Assembly: GCA_963725865.1 (NCBI GenBank)
Contig: CAVSAC010000011.1
Location: 69,152 to 133,151 of the forward strand
DNA length: 64,000 nucleotides
DNA from: Candidatus Eiseniibacteriota bacterium
GTDB lineage: Bacteria > Eisenbacteria > RBG-16-71-46
Reading direction: 5' to 3'
The translations under genes were made by a program, and so were the position numbers. How positions within the stretch are numbered: position 1 is the first letter of the stretch; every line of letters begins with the position of its first letter. Of the stretch, positions 1-12,091 are shown in pieces. The notes beneath the pieces were generated by a model, which made no database searches, had not been told where the DNA came from, and was given only the letters and a program-made list of their open reading frames with translations.

Positions 1-168
1 CTGAGCTGGGGCCCCGAGCTGGGCCACTCCGGATCCGACGACGGCACCACGCTCAAGATCGACATCCCGCTCGCGCTCATCCCGCCGACCGCGGCGCCCG
101 CGGGCGTGACGTTCGCGACGTTCGTCAACCTGAAGGGCAACTACTCGAGCAAGGTGACCGCGAACTGA
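1..168 (+). CDS. 3' end of a hypothetical protein (partial at window edge)
   Basis: Frame 1 is open from base 1 (LSWGPELGHSGSDDGTTLKIDIPLAL...KGNYSSKVTAN) to TGA at 166-168, with GC3-rich codons. Confidence 0.6.
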   Translation: MSWGPELGHSGSDDGTTLKIDIPLALIPPTAAPAGVTFATFVNLKGNYSSKVTAN

Positions 169-327
169 TCCATCGCGGCGCACGGGACGCCGCGCGGTGA
201 AGCCGGACGAGACGCTCCTCGCCCGTCGTCGGGATGGCCCGCTGGGCCGGTCGCGATGCCGGACGGGGAGCGTCGCGCGTTCGACCCCACCGGGTCCTCG
301 ACCGTCGAGCCACTGACCCACCACGAC

Positions 328-1599
328 ATGGACACCCATCCCCGGTCCGCCCCGCTGCGCGCCCTGCGCCACCGCAACTTCCGGCTGCTCTGGACCGGGC
401 AGCTCGTCTCGGTGGCCGGCTCGATGATGCAGAACGCGGCCATCCTGTGGCACGTCTCGCTGCTCGTGCCCGCCGGGCCAGCGCGGGCTCGCGCTCGGCA
501 TGGTCGGGCTGGTGCGCGTCGTGCCGATCGTCGTGCTTCTCGCTGGTCAGCGGCGTGGTGGCCGACGCGCTCGACCGCCGGCGGCTCATGCTCGTCACGC
601 AGACCGGCATGGCGCTGGCGGCCGGCGCGCTCGCCTGCGCTCACGTTCACGGGCGTGACGGCGCTGTGGCCGGTCTACGTGCTGGCCGCGGCGGAGCTCG
701 GCGTTCGGCGCCGTTCGACGGCCCGGCGCGCCAGTCGCTGGTGCCGAACCTGGTGCCGCGCGAGCACCTGCCCAACGCGATCAGCCTCAACACGATCATG
801 TTCCAGTCGGCCGCGGTGCGCGGGCCCGGCGCTCGGCGGCCTGGTGATCGCGGCTGGGCGACGTGGGCTGGGCCTACGCGCTTCAACGCCGCTGTCGTTC
901 CTGTGCGTGATCGCCGCGCTGCTGCTGATGCGCGACGTGCCGCAGCGCGCCGCGGGCACGCGCCGGCGATCAGCCTGGCGGCGGCGCGCGAGGGGCTCGC
1001 GCTTCGTCTTCCGCAGCGCCGCTCATCCGCTCGACCATGCTGCTCGACTTCTTCGCCACCTTCTTCGCCTCGGCGACCGCGCTGCTGCCGATCTTCGCCC
1101 AGGACATCCTGCACGTCGGCGCGCACGGCTACGGGCTGCTCTCCGCGGCGCCGTCGGTGGGCGCGTCTGATCGCGAGCCTCGCGATGGTGCCGCTGATCG
1201 AGCGCATCGACCGCCGCGGCGCCGATGATGCTGTGGGCGGTCGCGGGCTACGGGCTCGCCACCGTCGTGTTCGGCCTCTCGCGCGACTTCGCGCTCACGT
1301 TCGTCTGCCTCGCGCTCACCGGCGCGACCGACACGGTGAGCATGGTGATCCGCAACGTCATCCGCCAGCTCGCGACCCCCGACGCGATGCGCGGGCGCAT
1401 GACGAGCGTGAACATGATGTTCTTCATGGGCGGCCCGCAGCTGGGCGAGCTCGAGGCCGGGCTGGTGGCGAACGCGTGGGGGGCGCCCGCTCTCGGTGGT
1501 GACGGGGGGCTCGGCTGCCTGCTCGCGACCGGCTGGGTGGCGCTGCGCACGCCGATGCTGCGCGGCTACCGCCGCGAGCCGGCGGGCACGGCAGGCTAG
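328..1599 (+). CDS. MFS transporter (MFS_3/EntS-like), frameshifted in this assembly
   Basis: N-terminus ALRHRNFRLLWTGQLVSVAGSMMQ, motif-A-like GVVADALDRRRLML, FDGPARQSLVPNLV, C-terminal RQLATPDAMRGRMTS; pieces lie in ORFs 256, 234, 1037 and 1225. Confidence 0.85.
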
Positions 1600-1648
1600 G
1601 GCGCGCCGCGGCCCCGCGGCGGCGCGCCTGCGACTGGAGGGTTCTCGC

Positions 1649-2110
1649 ATGGATCGTCTGCTGTCGTCCGCGCTCCTCGCTGTGCTGGTCGTGAGCCCCT
1701 TCGCGTTCTGCCCGGACGTCGCCCGGGCCGCGCCCGCGGCGTCGGCGGGCATCCGCGACCTGCTCGGCCGCTGGGAGGGCGAGTCCATCTGTCAGGTGCC
1801 CGGCTCGCCCTGTCACGACGAGCACGTGGTCTACCAGTTCACGCCGCTGGGGCGCGCCGCCGACAGCCTGCGGCTCGACGGCTTCAAGGTGGTCAGGGGA
1901 GAGGAGCAGTTCATGGGCACGCTGCGCTGCTCCTACGACGTCGCGAGCCGGACGCTGATCTGTACCTTCCGCGGCCGCGACGTCGACGAGTGGCGATACA
2001 CTCTCGCGGGCGACAGCCTCTCGGGGACGCTGCGGACCGACCGCGGCCGCACGCTCTACCGCATCGTCCGGGTGAAGCGGCGCGGGCCGCGGCCCCGGCC
2101 GGGGAGCTGA
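1649..2110 (+). CDS. secreted hypothetical protein
   Basis: GGAGG RBS, signal-peptide-like MDRLLSSALLAVLVVSPFAF, beta-rich body (GRWEGESICQVPGSPCHDEHVVY). Confidence 0.7.
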   Translation: MDRLLSSALLAVLVVSPFAFCPDVARAAPAASAGIRDLLGRWEGESICQVPGSPCHDEHVVYQFTPLGRAADSLRLDGFKVVRGEEQFMGTLRCSYDVASRTLICTFRGRDVDEWRYTLAGDSLSGTLRTDRGRTLYRIVRVKRRGPRPRPGS

Positions 2111-2144
2111 GTCCGCCCGCGCGCGGGACCCGGGTCGCAAGGAG

Positions 2145-3002
2145 GTGGGAATGAGCCTGCTCATGCTCGTCGCGCTCGCGCTGGCCGCGCCGGCGCCCCA
2201 GGCGGCGCACCGCGGGACGCGGGACACGCTCACCGTAGTCACCCTCAACCTCTGGCACGACCAGCACGACTGGCCGCGCCGGCTGACCAGGATCGTGGCC
2301 GGCCTGCGCGCGCTGCACCCCGACGTGGTGTGCCTGCAGGAGGTGCTCCAGCACGCCACCCTGCCGAATCAGGCCCAGACCCTCGCCGACAGCCTCGGCT
2401 ACGGGTGGCACTTCGTCTCGGTGGACAGCGTCAACCGCGTCAAGCGTTACGGCAACGCCATCCTCACCCCGCATCGGATCCTGCACGTGGGCGGGAGGAA
2501 GCTGCTTCCGCTCGACGACTACCGCGTCGCCGCCCATGTGCGTCTCGAGTTCCGGGGTCGCGTGATCGACGTCTACGACACCCACCTGCATCACACCCTC
2601 GAAGGCGCGGCCATCCGGGCGACGCAGATCCGCGATCTGCTCGGCTTCATCGACACCACGCGCGCCCGCGGAGCGCTCGTCCTGGCGGGGGACTTCAACG
2701 CCACACCGCAGACCGCGGAGCTGCAGCTGCTGGCCCCCGCGTTCCTCGACGTCTACACCGCCACGAATCCGGACCGCACCGGCCTGGAGGCGGCGACGAT
2801 GAACCCCGCGCTCGGGAACGCGCCGGCGTGGATCGACCACATCTTCGTCGCGCGTGAGGCCGCGATCCCGCTCACGCCGCTGTCGGCCGAGGTCATCTTC
2901 CGCGACTGCGGCCCCGACAGCGTGTGGGCATCGGACCACTTCGGCGTGCTCGCCCGTCTCGGCGTCGGCGGGAAGCCAAGGCGGGGGGCGAGGCCGAGAT
3001 GA
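2145..3002 (+). CDS. endonuclease/exonuclease/phosphatase (EEP) family protein, exported
   Basis: Motifs TLNLWH, DVVCLQEV, YGNAIL, THL, LAGDFN, IDHIF and SDH; AAGGAGG RBS; N-terminal hydrophobic signal. Confidence 0.92.
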   Translation: MGMSLLMLVALALAAPAPQAAHRGTRDTLTVVTLNLWHDQHDWPRRLTRIVAGLRALHPDVVCLQEVLQHATLPNQAQTLADSLGYGWHFVSVDSVNRVKRYGNAILTPHRILHVGGRKLLPLDDYRVAAHVRLEFRGRVIDVYDTHLHHTLEGAAIRATQIRDLLGFIDTTRARGALVLAGDFNATPQTAELQLLAPAFLDVYTATNPDRTGLEAATMNPALGNAPAWIDHIFVAREAAIPLTPLSAEVIFRDCGPDSVWASDHFGVLARLGVGGKPRRGARPR

Positions 3003-3015
3003 GAGCGAGCGCGCC

Positions 3016-3735
3016 GTGACGATCGATCCCGGACCGGGTCCACGGACCTCGGGGCACCCGTCCGCGACACCGCCTCCCGGCGAGGCCCTCGCGGCGGAGC
3101 TGCGTGGGTTCGGGCCGCTCGGGATCCTCGCCATCGCCGTCATCCTCGCCGGCAACCTGCTGGTCGTGCCCCTGAGCGCCGTGCTGGTGCTGGCGTGGGC
3201 CCGATGGTCGCGCATACCCTGGCGCGCGATCGGCTTCGTGCGGCCAGGAAGCTGGTGGCGCACCGTGGCGGGTGGCATCGTGTCCGGTGTGCTGTTCAAG
3301 CTGGTGATGAAGGCCGTCGTGATGCCGCTGTTGGGCGCCGACCCGATCAACCACGCCTACCACGCCCTGGTCGGCAATCGGGCCGCCCTCCCGGGCATGC
3401 TCTACCTGGTCATCGTCGGCGCGGGCTTCGGCGAGGAGACCGTCTTCCGCGGCTACCTGTTCGAGCGGCTCGGCAGGCTCCTCGGACACGGCCGCTGGGC
3501 CCGGGTCGCGATCGTGGTGCTGACCTCGGTCCTGTTCGCACTGGCGCACTATGCCGGCCAGGGAGTCGCCGGGGTGGAGCAGGCCATGATCACCGGGCTG
3601 GTGTTCGGCACGGTCTACGCGTCCTCGGGCCGCCTCGCCCTGCCGATGGTCGCGCACGCCGCGTTCGACGTGGCCGCGGTCGCGATCATCTTCTGGGATC
3701 TCGAGACGAAGGTGGCGCACCTCGTCTTCAGGTAG
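3016..3735 (+). CDS. CPBP family (CAAX/Abi-like) intramembrane metalloprotease
   Basis: EETVFRGYL, FALAH and AHAAFD motifs in a multi-TM protein; the GTG start at 3016 is inferred. Confidence 0.88.
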   Translation: MTIDPGPGPRTSGHPSATPPPGEALAAELRGFGPLGILAIAVILAGNLLVVPLSAVLVLAWARWSRIPWRAIGFVRPGSWWRTVAGGIVSGVLFKLVMKAVVMPLLGADPINHAYHALVGNRAALPGMLYLVIVGAGFGEETVFRGYLFERLGRLLGHGRWARVAIVVLTSVLFALAHYAGQGVAGVEQAMITGLVFGTVYASSGRLALPMVAHAAFDVAAVAIIFWDLETKVAHLVFR

Positions 3736-3741
3736 CGCGGC

Positions 3742-5231
3742 TCAGGCGTCGAGCGTCTGGGAGACCCGGCGGAAGTGGTGCCCGTAGATGGCGAAGGTCA
3801 CCGCCGCGGGGAGCAGCCGCGGGCGGCGGAGCGAGCGTCCAGCCGAGCAGGCCCCAGTACTGGAAGCGCTCGCGCCCGATCACGCCGAGTCGCACGCTCG
3901 AGTAGAGCAGGGCCCAGACGTGGCGCCACTCGAGGGTGACGTGCACGCGCTGCGGACGGTACTCGCGCAGGAAGGTGCGCACGCGCCGGTAGTAGGGGCC
4001 GGGCGCGTAGATGCCGCGCAGGATGCTCCGATAGCCCCTCGCGCAGCGCCTCGAGTCCCATCCGCGGCCGGATGTTGGTGGTGCCGTCGGCGTTGTCGCC
4101 GGTCATCTCGCCGAGCAGCCGGCCCTCGCGCTTCATGCGCTCGTAGAGCCGGGTGGCGCTGGGCGCGTTGAGCATCCCGACCATCGCGGTGACGATGCCG
4201 CTCGCCTGGATGAATTCGATCATGCCGCCGGAACACCGACGGGGTGTCGCTGTCGAAGCCGACGATGAACCCGCCCTGCACCTGCAGCCCCGCGCGCTGG
4301 ATGCGTGCGCACGTCGGCGACCAGGTCGCGGCCGCGGTTCTGGCGCTTGTTGCACTCGGCCAGGCCGGCGTCCTCGGGCGTCTCGATGCCGATGAACACC
4401 GTGCCGAACCCGGCCTCGACCATCGACGCCATCAGCGCCTCGTCGCGCGCCAGGTTGATCGAGGCCTCGGTGTAGAACGGCATGCCCCGCTTGCCCTTCC
4501 GCCACGCGATCAGCGCGGGCAGCAGGCCGGTCTTGAGATCGCGCTTGTTGCCGATCAGGTTGTCGTCGACGAAGAACACCGAGCCGCGCCAGCCGACGCA
4601 GGTAGAGCGCGTCCAGCTCGGCGACGATCTGCTCCGGGGCCTTGGTGCGCGGGCGGTGGCCGAACCGCGCGGTGATGTCGCAGAAGTCGCAGTCGAACGG
4701 ACAGCCGCGTGAGAACTGCACGCTCATCGAGTGGTAGCTGCGCAGAGCTCGAGCAGGTCCCAGCGCGGCACCGGCGTGCGACGCAGGTCGGGCAGCTCGG
4801 TCGGCGGGTAGACGCCGGCGCGCGCACCCGCGCGCGAAGTCGCTCAGGAACGGCGCCAGCGTCGCCTCGGCCTCGCCGAGCACGAAGTGGTCGACCTCGG
4901 GGAACGCCGCCTGCTCGGTCGTCGAACAGCGGCCCGCCGGCGACGATGGTCTTGCCGGCGGCGTGGCAGCGCGCGACCAGCTCGCGCGCGGAGCGGCGCT
5001 GGGCGTTCATCGCGCTCACCAGGACCAGGTCGGCCCAGGCGAGATCGGCGGCGGAGAGCGGCCGCACGTTGGTGTCCACGACGCGCAGGTTCCACGCGTG
5101 GGGCAGCATCGCGCGCGATGGTGACGAGGCCGAGCGGCGGCAGGGCCGCGCGCTGGCCGACGAACTTCAAGCGCGTGTCGGAAGCCCCAGAACGTGTCCG
5201 CGAACGCGGGATAGATGAGAAGCGCGTTCAC
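3742..5231 (-). CDS. B12-binding domain radical SAM protein (DUF4070-type), frameshifted
   Basis: SRGCPFDCDFC (CxxxCxxC), LPPLGLVTIA, FFVDDNLIGNK, GGFIVGFDSD, C-terminal AIYGHHFRRV then TGA at 3742. Confidence 0.88.
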
Positions 5232-5595
5232 GTGCAGGACCGTACTCCCGGGACGCGTCGGAAGCGAGTACGGATTCGACCGCCCGTCCAACTCTGCCGC
5301 CGCCCTTCGCTTGCGGCGCAGCCTCGCCGCCCTCCGGCGCGGCGCGAGGGTGCGCGACCGGAGCGGGGCGGCGCCGCCGGCGGCTCGGTACCCGCGCGCC
5401 CGGGCCACTCCCCGGGTCCGAGCCGGGTCGCGGCCATTTCCCCTGCGGCCCGTCGCCAGCATAGGATTATGCGCATCCATTCCATGCACGAGCTGGCTGG
5501 AGCCTGGCCCGGATCGACCTCTGCACCCCGAGATCCAAGGGAGACCCCGCCAGCGGGCGCTGTGTGGGCCGATCCGGAAAGGCAAGCCCCCGTAC

Positions 5596-7823
5596 TTGCG
5601 AAAGCACCTTGCGCTGTTGTTGGCTGCGACGCTCGCGGTATCGGTCGCCAGCACCCCCGCCCGTTCGAGCGTCATCCTGTCCGAGCTGTGCGATCCCCTG
5701 AGCAACTACCCCACCGATCGCTTCATCGAGATCTACAACATCGGTCCCGACGCGGTGGACCTGACCGGCTGGTCGCGTCGTCGCCATCGCGAACAGCGTG
5801 GATGCGCTGCACCTGGAGCCTCTCGGGCACGCTCGCCGCCGGGCGAGGCGAAGGTCGCGGGATACACCACGCCGGTGGCGCTCGTTCACCGTGCACTTCC
5901 AGAACGCGAGCTGGAACGCGCTGACCAGCGCGGGCGGCGCCTACAACTGGAATGGCAAGACCGGCGACGGCGCCAAGCTCAAGGCGCCGGGGACGTGATC
6001 GTGGACCAGGTGGTCGCTCCCGGCGTCCTGTTCAAGGACGCCGACATGGTGCGCGAGTCCGAGCGTCACCGTCGCCGATCCCGGTCTACACGGCGTCCGA
6101 GTGGACCGTCACGCCGGTGGACTCCGCCACCGACGCCAGCCCCGGCACGCACAACGGCTCGGCGCCGCCGCCCGGCGGGCCCGCGGATCTCGAACGTCGT
6201 GATCTTCCCGGCGACACCCGGCCGCCAGCGACCCGGTCAGCGTAGAGGCCGCGTCGGTGGATCACCGGCGGCGCGATCGCGTCGGTGACGCTAACTGGGG
6301 CGCCTCCGTCGGCTCGCTCCCGAACACCATCAACATGTCGCTCGTCGCCGACAGCACGTACGCCACCAACACGCCCATCCCCGGTCAGTCGGCGGGCGCG
6401 ACGGTCTACTACCGCGTGACCGCGGTGGGGGCGAGGCGAACTCGCAGTCGTCAGTTCGCAGCTACACCATCCCCGGCGCCGGTGGCTCGCGCGCCCGCGG
6501 TGCTCGTCGGTCGGCGAGATGAGCGACTCGACCCTGCTGGTCATCTTCAGCGAGCCCGTCGAGGCAGACCAGCGCCGAGGTCCCGGCCAACTACGTCGTG
6601 GACGGCCTCACCGCGGTCGACGCGGTGCGTCGAGCCCGTGCACGCCTCGTGGGTCACGGTCACGGTCCGCGACCTGCCCGCCGGCTCGCGCACGCTGACG
6701 GTCAGCGGCGTCGCCGACCTCGGCGGCTCGACGCGCGTTCGGCGCGACGCGAGCTTCAACTACGTGAACGTGAGCATCCCGGCCGGCTACTACGACGGCA
6801 TCACCGGCCTGCAAGGGCTCGGCGCTGCGCTGGGCGCTGCACAACCGCATCGGAACCACACCGTCCGCAGCTACGACTACGTGCTGACCGCGTTCGCGAC
6901 CACCGACGTGAAGTGGAACGGCAAGATCTGGGACGTCTACTCCGACATCCCCGGCGGCACGCCGCCCTACGAGTACGCGATCGGCGCAGACCGGCCAGGG
7001 CGCGACCGAGGGCCTCGGCTACAACCGCGAGCACTCGTTCCCGCAGTCGTGGTTCAACGGTGCGTCGCCGCTGTACTCGGACATCTTCCACCTGTATCCG
7101 ACCGACGCGAAGGTGAACGGCTACCGCTCCAACTACGCGTACGGGCGGTCGGCGTGGGCCACCACGACGTCGTGGAACGGCAGCAAGCTCGGGACGAGCG
7201 TGTCGCCCGGCTTCAGCGGCACCGTGTTCGAGCCGATCGACCCGTTCAAGGGCGATCTCGTGCGCAGCCAGTTCTACATGGCGACCCGCTACTTCGGCGA
7301 GGACGGCGAGCTGGTCCGGCAGCGACTCGTTCGACGGCGCCGAGATGCAGCCGTGGGCGGTCGCGCAGTACCTGCGAGTGGGCCAGCGAACGGATCCCGG
7401 TGAGCTGGAAGGAGCGCATGCGCAACGGCGCCGTGTACGTCATCCAGGACAACCGCAATCCGTTCATCGACCATCCCGAGTTCGTGGCGCGTGATCTAGG
7501 ACTCGAACTCGGTCGCCGCGGTGGACGACGGGATGCCCTCGAGCACCCTCCGGCTGCGCCAGAACCTGCCGAACCCGTTCGCCGCCCGCACCGCCATCGC
7601 CTTCGACCTGCCGCAGCGCGAGCGCGTCACGCTCCGAATCTTCGACGTGACCGGGCGCTTGGTCAAGACGCTCGCCAACGGGAGCGACCTGGAGGCCGGC
7701 AGCCATCGCCTCGACTGGGACGGCAGAGACGAGCGCGGGGCGCTGCTGCAGGCCGGACTCTATTTCTGCCGCCTCGACGCGGGAGTGGTGGGCGAGACCC
7801 GCCGCATGGTGTTCGCGCGCTGA
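5596..7823 (+). CDS. secreted multidomain nuclease: lamin-tail-like + Ig-like + endonuclease I (His-Me finger) + FlgD-Ig/T9SS-CTD-like domain, frameshifted
   Basis: Signal peptide from TTG 5596; FIEIYNIGPDAVDLTGW (lamin-tail-like); YNREHSFPQSWF...SDIFHLYPTDAKVNGYRSNY, KGDLVRSQFYMATRY and QDNRNPFIDHPE (endonuclease I); C-terminal QNLPNPF...WDGRDERG..LQAGLYFCRL. Confidence 0.85.
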
Positions 7824-8031
7824 CGCGGGAGCGTCTCCGGATCGGCCCCGCGACGCATCACCGGCGGCCCCCCTCTCGGGGGTGGCCGCGCGGCTGGGTG
7901 GCGGGAGGCGGAAACCCCCCGCCCCGCCGGGGCCGGGGGTGGGAGCCGCGCCGGCCGCCCTGGGTCCGCGAGGCCGGGCCGCTCGGGCGGGTCCCCGCGG
8001 AGACGTAGCTTCCTCCGCGTCGGCGCGCGGC

Positions 8032-8856
8032 TCAGTCGGCCTGCGGCACCCGACCCGCGATCACCGGCACCATCCAGACCGCGTAACGCAGCGGGTCGCG
8101 GATGTCGGCGATCATCCGCTCGAAGTAGGCCGTCACCTCGTCGCGGGTGAGGTTCGTGGTCTCGGCGATCGGCTCCGCGTAGCCGTCGCGCCAGGCCTCG
8201 AGGATGGTCGCGAAGGTCTCGCGGGGCACGCGCAGCGTGTCCACCACCACGTACTCCAGCGTGATGTCGGTGAGCCCGAGCGTCGCGAAGTGGCCGTAGG
8301 CGTGGCGCCCCACGAACAGGTCGGTGCCGGTCCGCGCGCCGAAGCGGGCCGGCGCCTCGTGCCAGAAGTCACGCGGGTCCGGCGCGCCGATGGGGAAGTG
8401 CAGCATCCCGTAATCCTCGGCGATCACGTGCAGCCAGCCGCCGGGCCTGGTCACGCGCTTGAGCTCGGCGAGCACCCGCTCGGCGTGCGGCACCGACTGG
8501 ATCACGTGACGGCACACCGCGAGGTCGTAGGTGGCGTCGGCCGCCGGCAGCCCGAAGATGCTCTGGTGCTCGAACGAGAGTCGGGGCGCCAGCGCGGCGT
8601 ACCGCTCGCGCGCGAACGCGAGGTGATGGTCGAGCACGTCAACGCCGAGCACGCGCGCCGCGGGGAACATCCCGGCAAGGCGCGAGGAGACCTCGCCGGT
8701 GCCGCAGCCGGCATCGAGGATGTGGATCGCGGAGGCGAGGCCGTAGCGCCGGATCAGCGCCGCTTCCTGCGGCCAGATCGCGTTCGCCTGCGCGGCGAGG
8801 TTGCGCACCATGGACTCGTCGGCCATCTGCTTGCGCTGCGGGTTAAGGTCGGTCAC
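8032..8856 (-). CDS. class I SAM-dependent methyltransferase
   Basis: ILDAGCGTGE motif I, VLGVD, LKRVTRPGGWL; start inferred at GTG 8856 after an AGGAAG RBS-like sequence. Confidence 0.88.
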   Translation of the reverse strand: MTDLNPQRKQMADESMVRNLAAQANAIWPQEAALIRRYGLASAIHILDAGCGTGEVSSRLAGMFPAARVLGVDVLDHHLAFARERYAALAPRLSFEHQSIFGLPAADATYDLAVCRHVIQSVPHAERVLAELKRVTRPGGWLHVIAEDYGMLHFPIGAPDPRDFWHEAPARFGARTGTDLFVGRHAYGHFATLGLTDITLEYVVVDTLRVPRETFATILEAWRDGYAEPIAETTNLTRDEVTAYFERMIADIRDPLRYAVWMVPVIAGRVPQAD

Positions 8857-9108
8857 GTCGGCTTCCTCGGCGGTGGGCGGGGAGGTTTCGACCGCATCCG
8901 GTACATCGTCGTCGACGGGCGGCCGGGCCGATCCGGGGACCGACCGCGGCGCAGGCGCAAGATGCCACGGGCGGTGGGTCGACACCACCCCGCAGTCGAT
9001 CGAGGTGCCGGCGCCGGCCGAGACACGCTCCCGCTCACTGCTCGTCGCACCGGAGCGGGGCCGCTCCGACGCGCGCGCGGGCGGCGCGCCGTGGTCCGTG
9101 CCCCGGGC

Positions 9109-9120
9109 ATGGGCTAGACT
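9109..9120 (+). promoter_or_regulatory. putative sigma-70-type -10 element (TAGACT) for a leaderless kinase mRNA
   Basis: ATGGGCTAGACT ends 6 nt before ATG 9127, with no Shine-Dalgarno sequence. Confidence 0.4.
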
Positions 9121-9126
9121 GCAGCG

Positions 9127-11795
9127 ATGGCGCTCGCCCCCGGTACCCGACTCGGCCCCTACGAGATCGTCGCCCCGCTCGGCGCGGGGGGCATGGGCGA
9201 GGTATATCGCGCGTGCGATCCGCGGCTCGACCGTGAGGTCGCGATCAAGGTCATCCCCGCCACGCTCGCCGCCGACCGCGAACATCTCGCGCGCTTCGAG
9301 CAGGAAGCGCGCACCGCCGGCACGCTGCACCATCCCGGCATCTGCACCGTCCTCGACGTGGGCACGCAGGACGGCGCCCCGTTCGTGGTGATGGAGCTGC
9401 TCGAGGGCGAGACGCTGCGCGAGCGACTGCGACGCGGTCGCCTGCCGTGGCGCAAGGTCGCCGAGCACGCCGCCGCCATCGCCCAGGCGCTGGCGGCGGC
9501 GCACGAGAAGGGGATCGTCCACCGCGACCTCAAGCCCGAGAACCTGTTCCTGACGCGGGACGGCCGGGTCAAGGTGCTCGACTTCGGACTCGCGAAGCTG
9601 GTCCACCCGGACGGCCTGGCGATGTCGGGGCTCGATACGCTGTCGGTCGGCATGACCGAGAGCGGCGCCATCCTGGGCACCGCGGGCTACATGGCGCCCG
9701 AGCAGGTGCGGGGGCTGGCCGCCGACGCGCGCGCCGACCTGTTCGCGCTCGGCGCGGTGATGTTCGAGATGCTCACCGGCGAGCGTGCCTTCATGGGCGC
9801 CTCGTTCGTCGAGACCGGCAGCGCGATCCTGAACCGCGAGCCCGAGCTGGACCCGGCAGGTGCCCGCGGGATACCGGCGGGGTTGAAGCGCGTGGTCGAG
9901 CATTGCCTCGAGAAGGGCCCCGAGCAGCGCTTCCGCTCGGCACGCGATCTGGCGTTCGTGCTCGAGTCGCTCGCCGGCTCCGATGGGGTCGCGGCATCCG
10001 CCGTCCCGCCCGCATCGTCACAGCCTCCGGCGCCGCGCGCCATCGCGCCGCTCCTGATCGTCGCCGCGCTGATCGCCGGGCTCGCCGTCGGCGCGGTGGT
10101 CGCGCGACGCGTGGGCGGCGTGCCGGGCCCTGCGACGGTGCACTTTGGGCTTCTGCCACCGCCGGGCGGCAGGTTTCGATTCGACCTGGAGGAGAGCACG
10201 CCGTTCGCGATCTCGCCCGACGGTCGCACCCTCGCGTTCGTGGCCAGCGACTCGTCCGGCATGCGACGCGCGTGTCTGCGGTCCCTGGGTGAGGGCGCGG
10301 CCAGGAGCCTGGCCGGCACGGATGGGGCGCACTCGTTGTGCTGGTCACCCGATGGACGATCGCTCGGCGTCTTCCTGCGCCACGCGCTCAGGCGCTGTCG
10401 AGCTCGGCTCGGGCGGCGTGGTGAGTGTGTGCGAGACGCCGGCCGACGGCATCTACTCCGGCAGCTGGGGGCGCGATGGCACCATCCTGTTCGCCTCGAT
10501 CCAGGAGGGCGTCATCTACCGGGTGCCTGCCGCCGGCGGCCCGCCACGCGTGGCGCTGCGCCCGGACCGCGCGGCCGGGCAGACCGAGCTGGCGTGGCCC
10601 GAGTTCCTGCCCGACGGGCGGCGGTTCCTCTACTTCGCCCGCCGTCGGGATCATCGCGATTCCCTCAGGCTCGGCGATCTCGGCGGGGCCTCGCGGTCGG
10701 TCATGGCCAGCTCGTCGCGCGCACAGCTCGCCGATGCCCGCACGCTCCTCTACGTGAACGACGGGACGCTGGTCTCGCAGCGCGTTCGACGCGGGGCGCG
10801 GGCGCGTGAGCGGCGGCCCTGCGGCCGTCGCGCAGGGCATCGCTCACTTCGCCAGCACCGGAGGCGCGTTGTTCGCCGCCTCGCCGGGCGGCGTCATCGC
10901 CTACCAGCTGGCCACCGAACGATGCCGCCTCGCCCTCTTCGACGAGCGGGGCGACGAGGGACCGCGGGTCGGGCCGCGCCGGCGGACTACCTGGAGGGCA
11001 TGGACCTGACGGCGGACGGCCGCCGGCTGCTGTGCTCGCGGCGCCGACCCGGCAGCGGCACCTGGGACGTCTGGCTCATCGACGTGAGTCGCGGGAGCGA
11101 GGAGCGCGCTGACGGGGGCCGCGCCCGTCACGGAGGCGCAGCCGGTGTGGCTGCCGGGGGAGCGGAGCTTCACCTTCCTGGGCACGAGCCAGGGCGGGCT
11201 GCCGCGCCTGCACCGGCGCGACCTCGAGAGCGGGCAGGTGAGCCCGCTGCTGCCCGGCGGCGGATTCCAGGCCGCGGAGGACGTCTCGCGCGACGGTCGC
11301 TGGCTGCTCTACTTGGAGCGCCGGCCGCCCGGCGTGTTCAGTCTCTGGGTGCTTCCGCTCGCGGGCGGCGAGCCACGACGGCTCACGACCACCGCCTCGG
11401 CCGAGGGCGGCGGCCAGTTCTCGCCCGATGGCCGCTGCGTCGCCATGATCGCCGACGAGGGTGAGCGCTTCGAGCTGTGCATGGTGCCGTTCCCGGGGCC
11501 CGGGGCGCGGGTGCGCGTCTCCACCGCGGGCGCGACGGTCGCACGCTGGAGCCGCGATGGCAGCCGCCTGTACTACCTGACCCCGGACGGGCACATGATG
11601 GCGGCCGCGGTGAGGACCGGCCCGCGCCTGCAGGTGGGCGAGCCGCGAGTACTGTTCCACCTGGGCGCTCGGCCGTGGAAGGACTTCGTGGTCACCCCCG
11701 AGGGCCGCTTCCTGGCGCTGGTGCCCGAGGTGGTGCAGGCCGAGGAGCCGGTGGACGTCGTGGTCGGGTGGAAGCCGCGCGCGGGCGATCGGTAG
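9127..11795 (+). CDS. Hanks-type Ser/Thr protein kinase with TM segment and C-terminal TolB/PD40-like beta-propeller, frameshifted
   Basis: GAGGMGEV, VAIK, HRDLKPEN, DFG and APE motifs; TM LLIVAALIAGLAVGAVV; repeated SPDGR/LPDGR/SRDG motifs across ORFs 9127, 10145 and 11145. Confidence 0.92.
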
Positions 11796-12091
11796 CGGGG
11801 AGGACCCGCGGCCTCGGGTCGGACCCGAGCCCGATCGCGCTCGCGTGAGCCCAGGAAGCCCCGGTGGTCCGCCCGCCGGGGCTTCGGGTTCGGTTCCGCT
11901 CCGGCCCCCCGTGGCCCGAGGCGCGGGAGCGCCCCGCACCTCGCGTGCGGCGCGGGCACTCACGGCCTGTTCGCCTCGGGCACTTCGCACGTAGGAAGCG
12001 GAGACCCCGCCCCGCAGACCGCGCCGCGGCGGGGTCCGCGCCCGTCCCGGTCACCCGGGGCCCCGCGCCCGTCCATCCCTGAGGAGGCCCC

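Noticed and set aside
5570..5610. c-di-GMP-I riboswitch-like GGAAAGGCAAG...GCGAAAGC
   Set aside because: The stems and conserved spacing do not fit, and it overlaps the likely start codon.
7850..8010. GC-rich hairpins between convergent genes, as an ncRNA or terminator
   Set aside because: No U-tract and no recognisable RNA family; pairing is expected at this GC content.
8032..9903. 623-aa ORF suggesting a large methyltransferase fusion
   Set aside because: Its N-terminal part is antisense to the Ser/Thr kinase; the methyltransferase domain only begins near 8856.
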